Notes: a model not told the origin generated them from the sequence alone. A stretch of 64,000 bases of DNA from Octopus vulgaris (GCA_951406725.2 OX597820.1:71734001-71798000), one strand, 5' to 3'; counted from the first letter of the stretch, positions 11,512-26,823 are shown. A program made the numbers and translations.

Positions 11512-14107
11512 TATATACCTTCACTCAGTTTATGTACACAAAAAGTGAATATTAATTGACTCACTACATCTGAAACTGAATATGGTTGACATCTCTTCTG
11601 ATAAAATTTAAAGTTGTTATCAGAAAAATACATATACATATACACACTCAATTTGATTTTTTGAAAATTGAAGTTGTCAGGCACTCAACGTTGGCCATCT
11701 TTGTTTCAGTTAAATTTGGCTGTATTTTTTTATGCCAATTAGTATAATGATTGTTTTGCCAAGGTTTCTATCAGCCAAAGACCTATTTCATATAGTGAAA
11801 CAAATCATACATGTAAGTTTCTGATAAATTTAGCACTATAGATGTTCACTAAGAAGGGGAAAAAATCTGAAAGTAATCGGAATATTATTCTTTTAGATGT
11901 TAAAGGATTGAAAGATCTGATACAGCGATTAAAAAGTAAAAGGATTTGAAATCTATTAAGATGCTGACCAAGAAAGAAAATTATTAATAGCTCTCTACCT
12001 CTCTAAACAGACAACTTTATAGACATTTCGTTGAACAAATTGGCTGAATAAATACTGTTATCTGATTAATAGTTGTCATGGTAAAAACAGATTAAACAAG
12101 TTGGTAGACAGAGCAGTATCAGCAAACTAACGAGAAGGAAGATAACACTAAATACTATTACATCTACTTTTGATATTTTCATATTTTTGTCTGGCTCTTT
12201 TAGTTATATCAGATACACTTTGATTTGCAAGTAATAATTATTGTATATATAATAAATATACATTTAAATGTACTAAAATGAAAATAATTTACTAGCTGAA
12301 TATATCTTGTATATAGTCTTCTATATCTATATTCAAACATCAATTATCTTTATTCTTTCATTCTCAGTATGTTGGGACTTTTAAATATGTATTTTCAATA
12401 CTTGCATTTGACATGAAATGCACTTCATATTTAATTTTTATCTTTAGGGTCAACAGAACAAGAAGTAGGGTTTTTTACTCATATTAAATATTCATTCTTG
12501 CTTATAAAGACATGATTATAATATAGTTATTGGAGAGAATTAAATGAATATTGAAAGACATCTCTTTCAGAAATGTTATCTTAAAGCTTAAAGATATTAT
12601 TTATAAGCTCATAACTTGCATCACATCATAGGCACTTTGAACATAATACAATTTACACTTTTGTTATATTGATGCCTGTCATAATATTCTCACAGCATTG
12701 TAACTCTAATTTTAGTTCTTGTGTTTATAGCATCAATGATACCTAACATATTCATTGATGATCAACTACACTATGTAGAACCCTATCAAAATCTTTTGCC
12801 AGGTCAGTATACAACCAGCTGATTATTATTTGTATGTCTGCATCATTGTGAATACACCTTTCTAGAAGGAATCTTTATTAAAGTGTATAGCAAAAGTTAT
12901 CTTAGTCATCACCTTGTCAATAACTTCTACAGTTGTTTCTAGAGAAAACAAATTACCTATATAGTGAATATTGTACTTATTCTTGCATGCTATTTTTTTT
13001 ATATAACTTGTCTGTAATATCATTATTTGGCTTAATCTTTAATCTTTAAAACATGAAATAGTTATTAATTTTGATGACATGCTCAGTGGGAACATCTTAC
13101 CTAATGTTTTGGCTTCATAACATTTGTAACTAGATTTATATCCAGTGGAATCATTTTTGAAATTCTGCAACTATGCCCCTAGAAACCTGTCAGTTATGCT
13201 ATATTCATATTAGTAATTGTAATATTCACATATGCTTTACCACTTTGGGTCAACAGTTTTTGTTGGAAAGTATGACTTATATGAATGTTTATGGTCTTAG
13301 TGTTATTCTTTATATGTCAGCATTATAATGAATAAACTTTTCCTGAATGACATCTTATTAAATTATCACTCTACATAGCAAAATTTCTTTGGTTATCTCT
13401 AAAATATTTTCCAACTTAACTCTTATAGTTTTTTTTCCAGCTAACTTAATTTACTATGTCTTCCATTGAAGACTTTCTTAATTCCAACACTGTTCTCTTT
13501 ATCATAATATCCTATCATGATTTTTATTGCATTGCAGAGCCTTTAATCTCATCATATTTTATTATTGTCTTGTTCTTTTTAAGTTGGTTTTTCCCTACCC
13601 CAAACTGAGATTGTTTTAAAATTTCAAACTTTTCTGTTTCTCTTCTATACTTTTTCACAGAACCACCCCCACATCTCACACTTGGATTCTTTTGTATTCT
13701 TCACCATTTGTTTATTTTGTATCATAGCAGAGTCAGAAATATATTTCTTGTCTTTATTTTTAGCAGTGTCATGTTGCCAATAACTGCATTTTTCAATTCA
13801 CTCATTCTACATTCCTATCGAATAGACTAAACAAAGTTTCATTTCTTCAAAATATGCGGAAGACATTGTAAGTGAGAAGTGTCAATTATTTTAATGAAAA
13901 CACGATTAGAACCTAGTTAATCTAATTTCATTTGTATCTAACTATTAGGTCACTCGTTAATCAACTGCTTTTCTTAATTATTTGTTACAACCCATGGCTG
14001 TGGGACTAAGAAGTTTATTTTACTACTGCATTGTCTAAAGTTCAACCTCTCCACAGTTAACTTCTAGCATACTGGTTGAAAGCCCATTGCTTTTATATAT
14101 ATGTGTT

Positions 14108-14490
14108 GCAGTGTGGTAAGAAACTTGCTTCTCAGCAACATAGTTCTGGGTTCAATCCCATCATGTAGCACTCAGAACAAAAGCCTTCTGCTGTTTTCTC
14201 AAGCTGAATAAAGCCTTGTAAGTGGATTTGGTAGATGAAAACTGAAAGTAGCCCAGGATGTGTGTGTGCCTTTGTGTCTGTGTTTGTCACCAACCACTGC
14301 TTGACATCCAGTGTTGGTGTGTTTACATCCCTGTAACGTAGTGGTTCAGCAAAAGGGATCAATAGAGTAAGTACCAGGCTTAAAATAAAAAGTAGTGGGG
14401 TCAATTAATTCAACTAAAAATGACTTCAGGGTGGTGCACCAGCTTGGCCATAGTCTGGTGACTGAAACAAGTAAAAGATAAAGGATAAAA
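14108..14490 (+). mobile_element. tRNA-derived octopus-type SINE
   Basis: gtgtggtaagaaacttgcttc...gggttcaatccc...gactgaaacaagtaaaagataaa; same family as 27502. Confidence 0.85.
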
Positions 14491-15470
14491 ATATATGTAA
14501 TATATATATGTAATTGAGAATGCAAGGGCACATATATGTGTGTGCTTTTAGCTGATATATAATGATTAAGACAAGATACATTAATGAAAAATTTGAAAAC
14601 ATTTTGCTCGAAAGAAATGTCCTATATTTGTTCTACATGAAGGTACATACACTTCCTTGTCCCTTTCACTGCCAGAAAGAAACGTAATGAGACAATAATT
14701 GCCCCATTGGAAAACCTGCAACTAATGGCACCGTTGTAAACTAATTGTGCTATAAATGATTTTAAAAATTGAATAAAACTTGTAATTCAGCTACAATTTC
14801 CAGTGATATATGCATTTCAAGCCAATCTATGTATAACTATAGAACAATGAAGCTTATGCCCTTCATTGCAAAATTAATAATGCAAAGAGTTTTAAAATAA
14901 TAACTGCTTAATATTTCACCTAATAAAATATTTACAATGTGCTATGCTTGCTCGTACAGTAGTTGGTCAAATGATTTCTGACACAATAAATCATATATAG
15001 GAAGAATATCTACACACGTGCATGATGCAAGTAAAAATAACATGATTATACAGCAAGAAGCCATGTCCATACACATATCAAAATACACAATATAAAATGG
15101 ATTTTCTAACAAGTGCACATTATGTGTGTTTGTGTATATACATATGTATATGTATGCATGTATGTATGTATGCGTATATAAATATATATATATATATGAA
15201 TATGCGCATATTTTTTTATGTACACACAAAGGTAGAAAAAAATATTGCAAGATCATTATTAAGAATTCCTATCAAAACTACACATATGTATAACTTTCTT
15301 TCTGTCCAAAATGATAAAAGGAAAACCTTATACATGCAAAATATGACACCTGAAGGCAATGAGGGAAATCACTGATAAAAAAAAATTATAGAAAAAGCAT
15401 CTCCAATTAAGATAACTCCAAGAACCAACCTATTGATATATATATATATATATATATATCATCATGATAT

Positions 15471-15535
<65 letters not shown>

Positions 15536-15807
15536 AAGTTTATTCATCATAAGGATCAATGGAAGTGGAGTTTTTTCCCCTTTATTTTTAACATATTTAC
15601 TTGATTTATTCATCTTTTGTGAAGCTTCTTTCTAACCTGCTGAAAGTATGCATATTTTTCTCATTTTCAATAACGAGAAGATTTCAAATGGAATTAGTCG
15701 CCATCCAAACCTTTTTCCCATTAACTCATAAAAACAGTTATTTACAAACAATGTTTTTAACAAGTGTACTATTGTTTACCACACTAACAAAATAACAGAT
15801 TGTTGAT

Positions 15808-15960
15808 GAGCTGACAGAATCATTAGAGTCTCAGAAAAAATGCTTTATAGCATCCATTTCAACCCTTTATGATTTGAGTTCAATTCCTGACAAGTTCAGC
15901 TGTGTCTTTCATCCTTTCAGGACTTCATAAAATAGATACCAGTCAAGAACTGGAACTGAG
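15808..15960 (+). mobile_element. Decayed SINE (family of 55061/60512)
   Basis: gagctgacagaatcattag...tgagttcaattcc...tctttcatcctttcagg...taccagtc. Confidence 0.55.
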
Positions 15961-15983
15961 GTAATTTGTTAAACTCCATAACA

Positions 15984-16265
15984 ATCATCATCATCATCAT
16001 CATTTAATGTCTGTTTTTCATGCTGGCTTGGGATGGACAGTTTGACAAGAGCTGGCAACACAGAAGACTGCCCTAGGCTTCACTGTTTGTTTTGGCAGGG
16101 GTTTTACAGGTTGATGCCCTTCCTAACACTAACCACTTTACAAAACGAACTGAGTGCTTTTTACAGCACCAGCAAGGCTTGTTTAACATGGTTTCTACAG
16201 CTGGATGTCTTTCCAAACACCATGTAGATTAGATGCACCAGCACTGGTGGGGTCACCAAGTAACT
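15984..16265 (-). mobile_element. RTE LINE 3' end fragment (old)
   Basis: (CAT)n-ttaatgtctgtttttcatgctggc...gatgcccttcctaacactaaccact. Confidence 0.7.
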
Positions 16266-16519
16266 TGGTGAAAGGGGTGGGGCATTGGAATTAGTGGCTT
16301 TGTGCCAGGTAATGAGAAATTAGAGTGTGACAGAGGGACAGGAACAGGTGTCTTGCTATGGAGGAGATACATGGTTACCCAGTCAGAGGAAGAGAACAAG
16401 AGAGAGTAATGTAGGGTAGTGGATAGTGCTAGACAAAATGCCTCACTGTATGGTCCTTCACAGACTCATTTCAAATCCCACTAGGATCTACTTTGTCTTT
16501 CACACCCCACTCCCTGAGT

Positions 16520-16779
16520 TCATCATCATCATCATCATCGTTTAACGTCCGTTTTCCATGCTAGCATGGGTTGGACGGTTCAACTGGGGTCTGGGGAGCC
16601 AGTAGGCTGTGCCAGGCCCAGTCTGATCTGGCAGTGTTTCTACAACTGGATGCCCTTCCTAACGCCAACCACTCTGTGAGTGTAGTGGGTGCTTTTTACG
16701 TGCCACCTGCACAGGTGCCAGACGAGGCTGGCAAACGGCCACGATTGAATGGTGCCTTTTACGTGCCATCGGCACAGGT
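16520..16779 (-). mobile_element. 5'-truncated RTE LINE 3' UTR
   Basis: (CAT)n-cgtttaacgtccgttttccatgctagcatggg...; matches the 3' UTR of the RTE at 51743-54710. Confidence 0.88.
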
Positions 16780-19700
16780 ACTGGTATTGATTTAATGAAC
16801 CATCTCCCTCCTCTAAATATCTAGACTTGTACCTATGTGAGAGACAATTATTATTCCAATAATGGTATTGATGTGACTTGGAATTCCAAGCACCAGACTA
16901 AATGCATCTCTGTAGGTTTGTGCCTTCAGGGTCTTAGTTTGAATCTACTCTGGCTAGGATTTTATCTGTCTGTGATTTTGTCTTTTATTTGATTGATAAA
17001 ACAAATGTCAGTCACCAGGAAGATCAGTTTTATTGACAATAATTTTTCACTCCAAAGGTTTGATTTATGCCAGTGTTAGAAATCCATACTTTTACTAATG
17101 TAATCAAGAAAAATATGTGCACTTTTACAGGGCTGCTTAACTTTCTTGAAATAGCAGCCAAATTCTCTCCTACTCTTCTACTGTCCTAAAAAAACTATAT
17201 ATTAGATAATGTAGTCCTACTTTCTTCTAAAAAGACAAGATTACCAAAGCTGTAATGCCTTTGATATAACCTATATCTGATCAACAACAAAAAGAAAAGG
17301 TCTGTTGGGTCAAAATTAGGATTCCTACTTTAAGAATAATTAAATGAAATCGTGCCAAAAGCTTTACACAATATCAAAGTTCTATACCTATTTAAAACAC
17401 TTTTGAAAGGGTAAAACTGGCAAAATATTTAATTTTTAACTGTTTTGGCCTCTTCAAGATCCAGGTTTTGACGTTACATTGCTGCTTAATTTTCAAACAA
17501 TCTAATAAGATATTTTTCAGACATTTACCTCCTTTATCAAAATTTATAGGTGTACAAAACTTTGAACTCATGTTGAAGTAGATAATTATGGATAAACCCC
17601 TACATTTATATTAAATTATGGGCAGTTTAATGTAATTTCAATACATAAATGTTGTGCATTGATTTGTGATATTCGTATGTCTATGCCAAATGAATTGCAT
17701 GCTGGAAAATGATTTATAAGTTGATATAAATCACACATCTTACATAATTACAAAATAGATCCTTCCCAGGTACTGTTCAGTATAAAATTATATAAAATTA
17801 TCAACATTTCTTACATTATCAATAAAGAAAGAAACCCGATTTAAACATAAAATCCATAAAAAGTGATAATTAAAAATTATTTTACAAGTTCTAAGGCAAG
17901 CATACTCTAACATGACAACCTTGAAAATTCTTAGATATGTACACACTTCACTGTGATATTTATAAAGCTTTCCATTGGCTGGTGTTTTGTTTGAGTAACA
18001 CCTACAACAAAAGTGTATATTAACTCTTTTGGTCAAGCTACTGCATACTACATGGTCTCTGTCCATTGCGCCATCTAAGAGAAGATGGGTCCTTGCATTC
18101 TTTCTAAAGGATGTCTTTATCATGGCTATCCTGAAATCTCTGAGATCTTGTGCTCATTTGGTCAAATAACAAGAAAACTTTGACTCATTCAATGCTGAAG
18201 GTTGTTAAAACATTGGGCTCTCAAAGTTTCTTCCTTGTAGTAATATTTCTGACAGGAATGAATGTCCTTCAAACTCATAAACTTTAATAATCACTTAGTC
18301 TATTATATTTTAATAATCTTCATAAACAAAATAACAAACATGCTTATTTACACTCATAGAAAGTCAAACAAACAATAATAAAAAAAAGAAGCTGCTTCAC
18401 CTCTATAACATTTGTGTATGGTATAAGACATTAATAAAAATGCAATAAGGCTGTGTTGCTTCTGTTTGTTCAGGGAAATACATTCTGATGCTATATGTGG
18501 CACCTAATCATGTAAGAGTTAATTAGAAAAAGGTCTTTTCTTAACATCGTAGTCTCTGTTTGATTTTTTTTTCTTTGTTTTTTTTTATAATTCAGTGAGA
18601 GAATGAAGGGCAGTGCCTAATGACTCAACCTGATTAACATAAGATTTATTGTGTCACAAAGCTTTAACTACCACACACAGCAGATTGTAATTATTTTACT
18701 ATGTGGTATTTTAAGCTGATTTCATTGCAAAACCCTTTGTGTGCTAAATTTTACAATAATGGACATAATTTTCATTCCTACCAATGGCTTGACTTGAAAT
18801 GCATGCATCATTGGAAACTGTAATTGAATTACCAGTTTCATCAATTTTTTTTTTATGACAAAGTGGTCTCTGCTAAAATCACCTAAAGACAAAGTGATGG
18901 TAGTGTTAAAGCAGGAGACAAATATGTCTGCAGCCAACATCTTTCCTCATTGTAATAGTGAATCTTTCAAGCATAGTACAATATTTCACAAATAAAAGAA
19001 AATGACAAAGACACCATTGCACATTGTAGTTGTAGCTTGGTTTCTATGGGCGGATGTCCTTCCTAATAACAATCACTTTACAGAGTGTATTGAATACATC
19101 TTATTGTGGAACCAAAGGCAAAAAACTATCAGGCTTTTGAAATGACCAGAGAGTTGAAAGACCTTCTAATCTTATCAAAATCATAGTGTCTTCCTTCTCT
19201 CATGGCAGCATGACCAAGATAGAATAAATAGTAGGATCCTTTAGCTGATGAAAACTTTAAATTTTATTCCTTTCTAAAATGACTAAATAAGAATTGAATG
19301 ATTAATGTATGTTTAACTGTTATGTGTGAAATAAAAATACCAAAATACTGAATAAAATGTGAATGGTCAGTGAAATATTTCTCTGTTTTTTGTTGTTTTG
19401 AAACTTAGATATATTGTCCAGGAAATAGCTTTTAGAATAAATTATTCTGACTTGAGATACTCTACTGCTGATCAATAAGAAGAACATTCTATTTATAATA
19501 AAAGTACTATATTATTTTACTTTTCAATATTAGTGTTACAAATAGCTTACACAGGTAAATCTGAACAAACTCTTTTAGTACTTCCCATAAATTTATCACA
19601 GTTAAATTTTGGAAATGAAATTTTATTGTAGATCTAAATAATGGTTTATTATGTTATATCATTACAAGTATGTGTATTTAATGGTTCAAAGTTAATTGAC

Positions 19701-20605
19701 AGAATTCTTTGATAATGGTCAATATAAATCTTATAGACAGACAAAAGTACAAGATTAAAAGATTCCAATAGACTTTTGAAGTTTGCTTTCTTCTATATAT
19801 AATTCTCTTGTATTAAGCACCTATCTATTATTCTCAGATATTTACTATCATTGATTTATGGTATTGATATTTTTCAATGAATATTTTGAGTATTTCTTTA
19901 GCTATGTATCTTCTTTGTCTAAATCTTTTTTAAGGCTGTAAAACCTTTTTAATCTGTTTGACAGAGTGGGATAATGTATTATATATTTTTAATAGTTATG
20001 ATAAACCATTTATCTGTTTTCAAGTTATTTGTAGTATACAGAATTAAAAAAAAACATGCAGAAATTTCTTCAGATTACAAATAATAAACTATATTATCAT
20101 ATGTTTACTAATTATTTTTCAGTTCCTTGCATAATACTAGAAAAATGAAATTTAAATTACTTTTCCACTACTGTAGTATTTTGCATCTTTTTTTTTATTA
20201 ATAAATAATCTTTTAGATTTTTCATATCAGACCATTGATTCAAGTTTAAAATTGGAAATAACTTCTTACTATAAATTGTCTTTTCTATCAAAACATAAAT
20301 GCAAACAGCATTTAATTTTTAGTGAAAGAAAAAGTTAAATTTCAAAATAACTTATAATTTATTTGAATGCTAGTATGAAAAAAGAAATTTTAACATTCTT
20401 TTTTTAAATTATATCTATTTTTATCTCTTCAGGAATAGATATAATGTATTTCTATGTACATTTCTTCTGTGTGTGTGTGTGTGTCTGTGTCTCTGTGTGC
20501 CTCTGTGTATGCTTGTATATGTAATATTTCTTAATATATTTCTAACATTCAAGAAACATTTCTTCATGCTTGTAATAGCTTTAATAAAAGGATTTATTAT
20601 TTTAT

Positions 20606-20617
20606 GATAATAATAAT

Positions 20618-20656
<39 letters not shown>
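20606..20656. repeat. (TAA)n/(CAA)n microsatellite
   Basis: Direct reading. Confidence 0.9.
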
Positions 20657-20997
20657 AGTAAGAAGAAGATGAAGTAAAAGAATATAAAGTTCTTGTTTGT
20701 ACACCCTTCAGAAGAAATTGTTTATATTAGATGTGAGTTCTCTTTTCATTTTTTCATCCAACCAGAGCAACAACATCACTTTCTAATTCTTTCTCACTTT
20801 CTGATGTATAACAAGATCTTCTTTCCCTCCACACATTCTGGAACTTTTCTATGAATTCTCTTATTGACAAGTGTTGCTAATGCAGATTATCACCTCAGTT
20901 CTTGGGTTTTCCATCTTTTCTCCTTTTAATCATTGCTCTTTGCATGTAAGGATTATAATTCAATTAATTGAAAGTTTGAAATAATGGAGGTTAATAC

Positions 20998-21002
<5 letters not shown>

Positions 21003-21051
<49 letters not shown>
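21003..21051. repeat. (AG)n microsatellite
   Basis: Direct reading. Confidence 0.9.
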
Positions 21052-21052
<1 letters not shown>

Positions 21053-21552
21053 TGAAGAACTGTGCATATGGTTTGTTTAAAATTTAGGGGAATGTTCAGT
21101 GTATAAGTAATGAAAAAAATAGCAAAATATATCCCGTAAACTTTGAATGTAAAAGCATTATTACAATGGTGGCAAAAATCATCATCCAATATCATCAAGG
21201 GCTGTTGACATCTTGAATAATGAAGAGTCTGGATTAATGATAGTCTGCAAGGAACCAGGCTGCAGTAGACTCATCTATTTTGCACCTAAATGAACTGGAG
21301 TAACATGAACTGAAGTGCTTTACTCAAGGGCACATTGTCACCTAGTTTAAGAATCGAACCCATGGACTAATAACTGTGAGTCCAACACGGTTATGTGCCT
21401 TCCCAGCAGTAAAAATAGAAGCCTGAAAATGCTCCTGGATTGAGGAGCTTTCAGTTAAACAGAGAGCGTTTGTGGAATGTGTTCTAAAATGTAAAGGATC
21501 AAAAGCAGGTAGCAAGGAATGTTCATGAGATCATTATTCCAAAATACCGCTT

Positions 21553-21752
21553 GACTGGCCTTCGTGCCGGTGGCACGTAAAAGCACCTGCTACACTCTCA
21601 GAGTGGTTGGCGTTAGGAAGGGCATCCAGCTGTAAAAACCCTGCCAGATCAGATTGGAGTCTGGTGCAGTCATCTGGTTCGCCAGACCTCAGTCAAATCG
21701 TCCAACTCATGCTAGCATGGAAAGCGGACGTTAAACGATGGTGATGATGATG
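21553..21752 (+). mobile_element. 5'-truncated RTE LINE 3' UTR
   Basis: gtggcacgtaaaagcacc...gcgttaggaagggcatccagc...catgctagcatggaaagcggacgttaaacgatg(GAT)n. Confidence 0.88.
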
Positions 21753-22779
21753 AAGATATGCATTTTGTGGATATTGAATTTTTTTTTTTTTAGAATTTAT
21801 TGCAGCAAAAATAGTTTTGTTTCAAGTTTGATGTTTATAACCAAAGTGGAGGCCTATTAGTGTAATTTAGCAACATTGTATCTAATGTTTTAACAAGTAT
21901 CAGATACAATGTCTGGCGGTATTTATTCTAACTCACTGCATTCTAACTTGAGAGTATTAGAGTTGAAGTGGACGTTTCAACAATTTGTAAAAAGTTTCAT
22001 TTATTGTATACTGTTCATTTTATATGTCAGAGATTTTAATTTACTTTATTTCTTAAATTATAGAAATATTTTTTAAGAACTAATTTTCAAGGTTTCTTTA
22101 CGAATTCATTTAAAATTTTATTAAAATTTTAATTTTAGTTCTGACATTAAGTGTTGTTCTAAGATAAGTCTGTATTGAAACTTAGAGATATGAAACTGCA
22201 GTAAGAAAATTAATGCATTATGCTCTAGTTGCTATCCATTGGTCTATGATGTTTCTGCATCATTACAGACTTTGTTTTATCTTTGTTGCTTCCTCTTACA
22301 AAAACTATGTAAACCAAGGGGAAATGAGAAGAAAAAAAAGAAAACTTACTTGTATTTTCTAAAACAAATTTTCATGTTTTTATAAGTGATCAGTATGACT
22401 TCGTTTTTAAAATTAGGGCTGAAACATAAACGTAGAAAACTGAATATTCTGTTTGAAGATGAGGTTTATATAAATCAGGACCCAAGGGGTTAAGTATAGA
22501 CAAATTACTTGCCCCTAGTGTTAAAGCAAACACTGTGGAAATGACATTACTAATGGTTGATGAACAAAGTACATGAGTGCCATACAGAGTTATTTTTATT
22601 AAACTAAGTTGTACAAAATAATATAAACCATGTTTAAGAGAGTGGTCATAATATGGAAGAAAGAAAGTTGCTGGTCCTTTTTTACTGAGATGCTGTATGC
22701 ATTGAGCTAGGTTGATTCTACACTAGTTGCTTTTTTTTGATATTCGGATTGCCTTTATTGACTGGTATAGTAACCTCAT

Positions 22780-23230
22780 CAAACACTTTCTATAAGGTAA
22801 AAGGAAATATTCAAAAGAGGGAAAAATTCAAATTCCTCAAATTAATCCCTAAACTTTAGATCCATTAGTCATGATTTATTTTGCATTGAAAAATCTAATG
22901 AAGAATTTTTGTAAAATTTTCATCTGGGAGGAATAGTCAGAGAATAAGCTACAGTTCTATATGGCAAAGATCAAATTAGGAGATAATAATACATAGCACA
23001 AAATTGCAGTTGTTCAATTCATGGAAAGATACTTGAGAAGAATTCAATGCATATTCACCATAATAAGAAAAAGTGCTCAAGAGAGGGAGCCATAATGTTT
23101 AACACTCTAAATGTGTAAGAGTAATTAGCAGGCAGGACAGCCATAATATAAACACATAGACTGGTTAGATTGGCTCATTGGAAACTGTAAAAGAGAAATA
23201 ACCTGATCAAGTACTTAGGGGATTTAAGTA
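22780..23230 (+). mobile_element. Possible ancient CR1-like LINE 3' relic
   Basis: Fragments REGAIMFNTL and ...PDQ resemble a CR1-group ORF2 end (GPxLFNxLP...LDxFLxxIPDxP); very degraded. Confidence 0.3.
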
Positions 23231-24761
23231 CAAGTAGGATGGAAAATTTCAAGGAGCTGAGGGTTGTTGATAATAAAGATTTTCTCAGACTGTATGGGCA
23301 TGATTAAGGAGTGTGAGGCTGTAAATTAGTAAAATATAAATAGAACACCTGGATTAGCAAAATAGAAATAAATGATGGTGCTTGTAATTTTGGGTATTAT
23401 TTTACAAGAAAAGCTGAGCATAACTAAATTGAGAAAGTAGTTTGGTGTCAATAATATTGGTTGATTAGTGTTAGAGGAGCATATACTGGATTATGTAATG
23501 CAAATGGAGGAGACATGCTGAGTAAAAATTGGTGAACAATAGTGCCAAAGTCAGTAGTGATAATAGTGATGTCATTGATGACAACAGTGATAAGGTAAAT
23601 TCTAATAATGTTGGTAATAATAACATGATGATAACAGTAGTGATGATGGCATTAATATCATACACTCTATGGATTTCTTCATTTATAGAACAGTAACTAT
23701 AAAATACACAAGCATATTTGCAAGATAAGTTAATGGATTTTTTAATGATTTAAAAAATTTTATTTTGTCTTTTTGTTCATACTTTCCTTGTTGAAAATAC
23801 TAACAAAATTCTAATTATGAAATTTATTAGAATCTGTCTACTAGTTCGGAAATCAATAATCAAAATTTCAAAATTCTTTTTGCTTTAGCTTGTTATATAA
23901 ATTAATTTATGAATACAAGATAACAGAAATATATTCTCATCTAACATTGTCTTGAAATTAAAATATTTTATTATAAATGTAGAAAGGTTCTAATTGCATT
24001 AAGTGTTTTGTTGATCACATGCTTTAAGCTTATGGTCTTTTGAACATTGAGAGAAATGAAATCAACTATATACAAAAACAAATCAACTGTAATGACAAAC
24101 GTCTAAAAGCTATAATGATATATTTTTGCTTATATTTATCAAATGTCAAAAACTTCAGATTGATTAAAATGTAATGTGTTAAATGGCTTCACCACTTCTC
24201 TGGAAGATGAATATTTGATTAGCATTGCTTTTGTGTTCTTATATACACTGAGATTTATTTATCAAAAGTTGTTATGATTACATTTTCATAAATGTAACTA
24301 ATAACATCTAAAAATAAATGGATTTCATTTATTAAATTGAACCACATTTCTTTTATCTCCACCACAATTATGACAATCTTCATGTTAGCCTAATTGCTTC
24401 TTGCAGCTGATAAACACGATGAACTTATTATGTTCCACTTTGTGAACTATATGCTTCACAAATGCTACTATAATATTTATGAATATTTATGCTTGCTCTT
24501 TTTCTGAAGAAGGTATACAATTATGCTAGCAGTGCTTAGATTTCTTTTGCATTTAAATAAGAGGACTGTTTTTATTTTACCAATAGGTCATAAGTCTTTC
24601 ACAATAATAAATAATTTATTTTAGTCTTCTCAGACTTCACTACTTGAAAGCTTCATTCCTATAAAACTATTCATCATTGTAATAATTCATGGGATGCATG
24701 CAGAACAGTGAGAATCCAAATAGTAATGTATCTAATCATCCTTACTACACTCTAGGAGATA

Positions 24762-25060
24762 TCACTTAGCGTCCGTTTTCTATGCTGGCATGGGTTAGAC
24801 AGTTTAGCTGGAACTGGTAAGCTGGAGAGCTACACCAGTCTCTTTTGGTTTGCTTTCTACAGCTAGATGCCCTTCCTAATGCCAAACACTCCATAGAGTG
24901 TAGTGGGTATCTTTTACATGTCACTGGCTTGTGTACATTTCATGTATCATTGACACAAGTGCCTTTTATGTGTCACTGGCATAGGTGCCTTTTACAAGGC
25001 ACTGGCCACAACTATGATTTCACTTGGTTTGACATGTCTTCTCAAGTACAACAAATATCT
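24762..25060 (-). mobile_element. RTE LINE 3' UTR fragment
   Basis: ttagcgtccgttttctatgctggcatggg...gatgcccttcctaatgccaaacactcc. Confidence 0.75.
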
Positions 25061-25669
25061 GAATACTATTGTCATCTGAATACTTTGTCATCAGAGAACA
25101 CCTCCTCCCTCCCCTTGGACAATGTGTGTTCATAACACACGTGAGCTACCAGTGTAAGGGGACTCTGAAACACTGCAGGATTTCAAACATACTGTATGTC
25201 TCCCCAGTGAAAGCTACCCTGTCAGACTGGTCACTCTCACAAGAGCACAAGCTGTTGTTTATAGAAAACAGCAAACAAATTATTTGCTGATGCATGACAA
25301 TGTCTGCAAAACAGATAATGATACATCTGGTGCATGCAGAACAGTGGAATCCAAACAAATCTGGTAGATTTGAATGTGAATATCTGTTCACTGTTGCTTT
25401 TGTCATCAAAGAGTACCCCTACCTTTCAGATGGTGTATGTCACAACAGGTTTGTGGGTCACTGTGGCATTTCGACCTTTTTGTGTGTCTCTTCACTGAAA
25501 GCTACCCTGTTTATTGTTTTTTGCCAATAACTATTTCATAATATAAGCAACAACACTGCTACCAACACCACCACTATCACCATCACTGCCATCACCACCA
25601 CTACCTTCATGGACACCACCATCATCATCACCATTTCTACTTTCCATGTTCACCTTCAATAATCCAGAT

Positions 25670-26110
25670 CCCTTAGCTGATGTAGCCTGTTATTGGAGTG
25701 CCACTCTAAATGCTTTCATAGTCAGCCATTGCCACTGGTTTCTGTTCTATGATATTGGTGACAGATTTGCAGTGTTGTGACTTGTCCAGTTCTTGATCTA
25801 GTCAAACCAGGATTTTCTCTTTTGTCCCCACCTCACTTGTGCTCTGAAGAATGATTTTAGACAAGGAATTGTGGAAGGACATATGACCATACCAGGCAAG
25901 CTTTTGTCTTCTTACCTGGCAAGGAGTGGTCCCTATCTGCCAGTGTATTTCTTGACCTGCTGTCTGACAAAGTTGCTCATTCGGTGCTTTGTATACAGGT
26001 TGTGTAACAGCCTTCTGAAGTATATGTGCTCAAATACCTGGATCCTTCACTTCATGTCAGTTGTGTAAGTCCAGCTCTCACATCCATACAGACAAGCGGA
26101 CATTCTCATT
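25670..26110 (-). mobile_element. Decayed RTE-clade LINE ORF2 C-terminal fragment (second family)
   Basis: Minus strand LYGCESWT...RIQVFE...LVRQQV, then broken WYGH...KIILQ...RWGQKRK, typical of an RTE C-terminus. Confidence 0.7.
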
Positions 26111-26823
26111 CTTGTAGTTCTATATTTATTCAAGGCAGCATGATCAAGATGGAGTGAATGAAAAGGTGAAAAGAAGTACAGTGACAGAGGGACGAGTGTG
26201 AGTGGGTGAAAGGAGTGAGAGATAATGGGTAAAAACAAGGTGATTGGAGTGTGAGAGTAGTAGAGTGTAGAGTTACAGAAGAATGACTGTGTTTGGTCAA
26301 GTAATGAAAAAGAGACAATAATGGTAACTGAATGTTTGTTGATGTCAAAGAGAGGTCATGTTATAAATTGTAACAGAAATAGGTGACAGAAAGAATATCA
26401 ATAACAAATGTCCTGGGGGAGAGTGAATGATGGCTGGCTGCATAGAAAAAGTTATGGTAAAGTATATCAGCTAATAACAGATCTGATGTTATCCCTTTTA
26501 CCTATGTGTTGGGAGAGAAAGGTGGAACTGGAGAGAGAGAGAGAGAGATGAAGTGAATAGGGTAGTGGTAGAATACACACAGATTCAATATTGTCCTTCA
26601 GTACAGAAGTGGCATGTTGCAGTGAGAAGAAGTATGTGTTAGAGAGATGAGTGGATTGGATAGATTCAATACCATTCTTAGTTCAGTGGGTGGCATAGTA
26701 TAGTGAATAGGAGAGGGGGTAGAGGTGACAGGGTGTCAAAAAGGCAAGGATCAGCAGACAGAGGCTTAACAGGGATATATTTTGTAAGAGACACAAATAT
26801 AGGCATGCATACATACATATATA

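Noticed and set aside
16571-16795. Recurring 'LDALPNANH' ORFs (also 31247, 51817, 24845)
   Set aside because: Antisense translation of the RTE 3' UTR, not a protein family.
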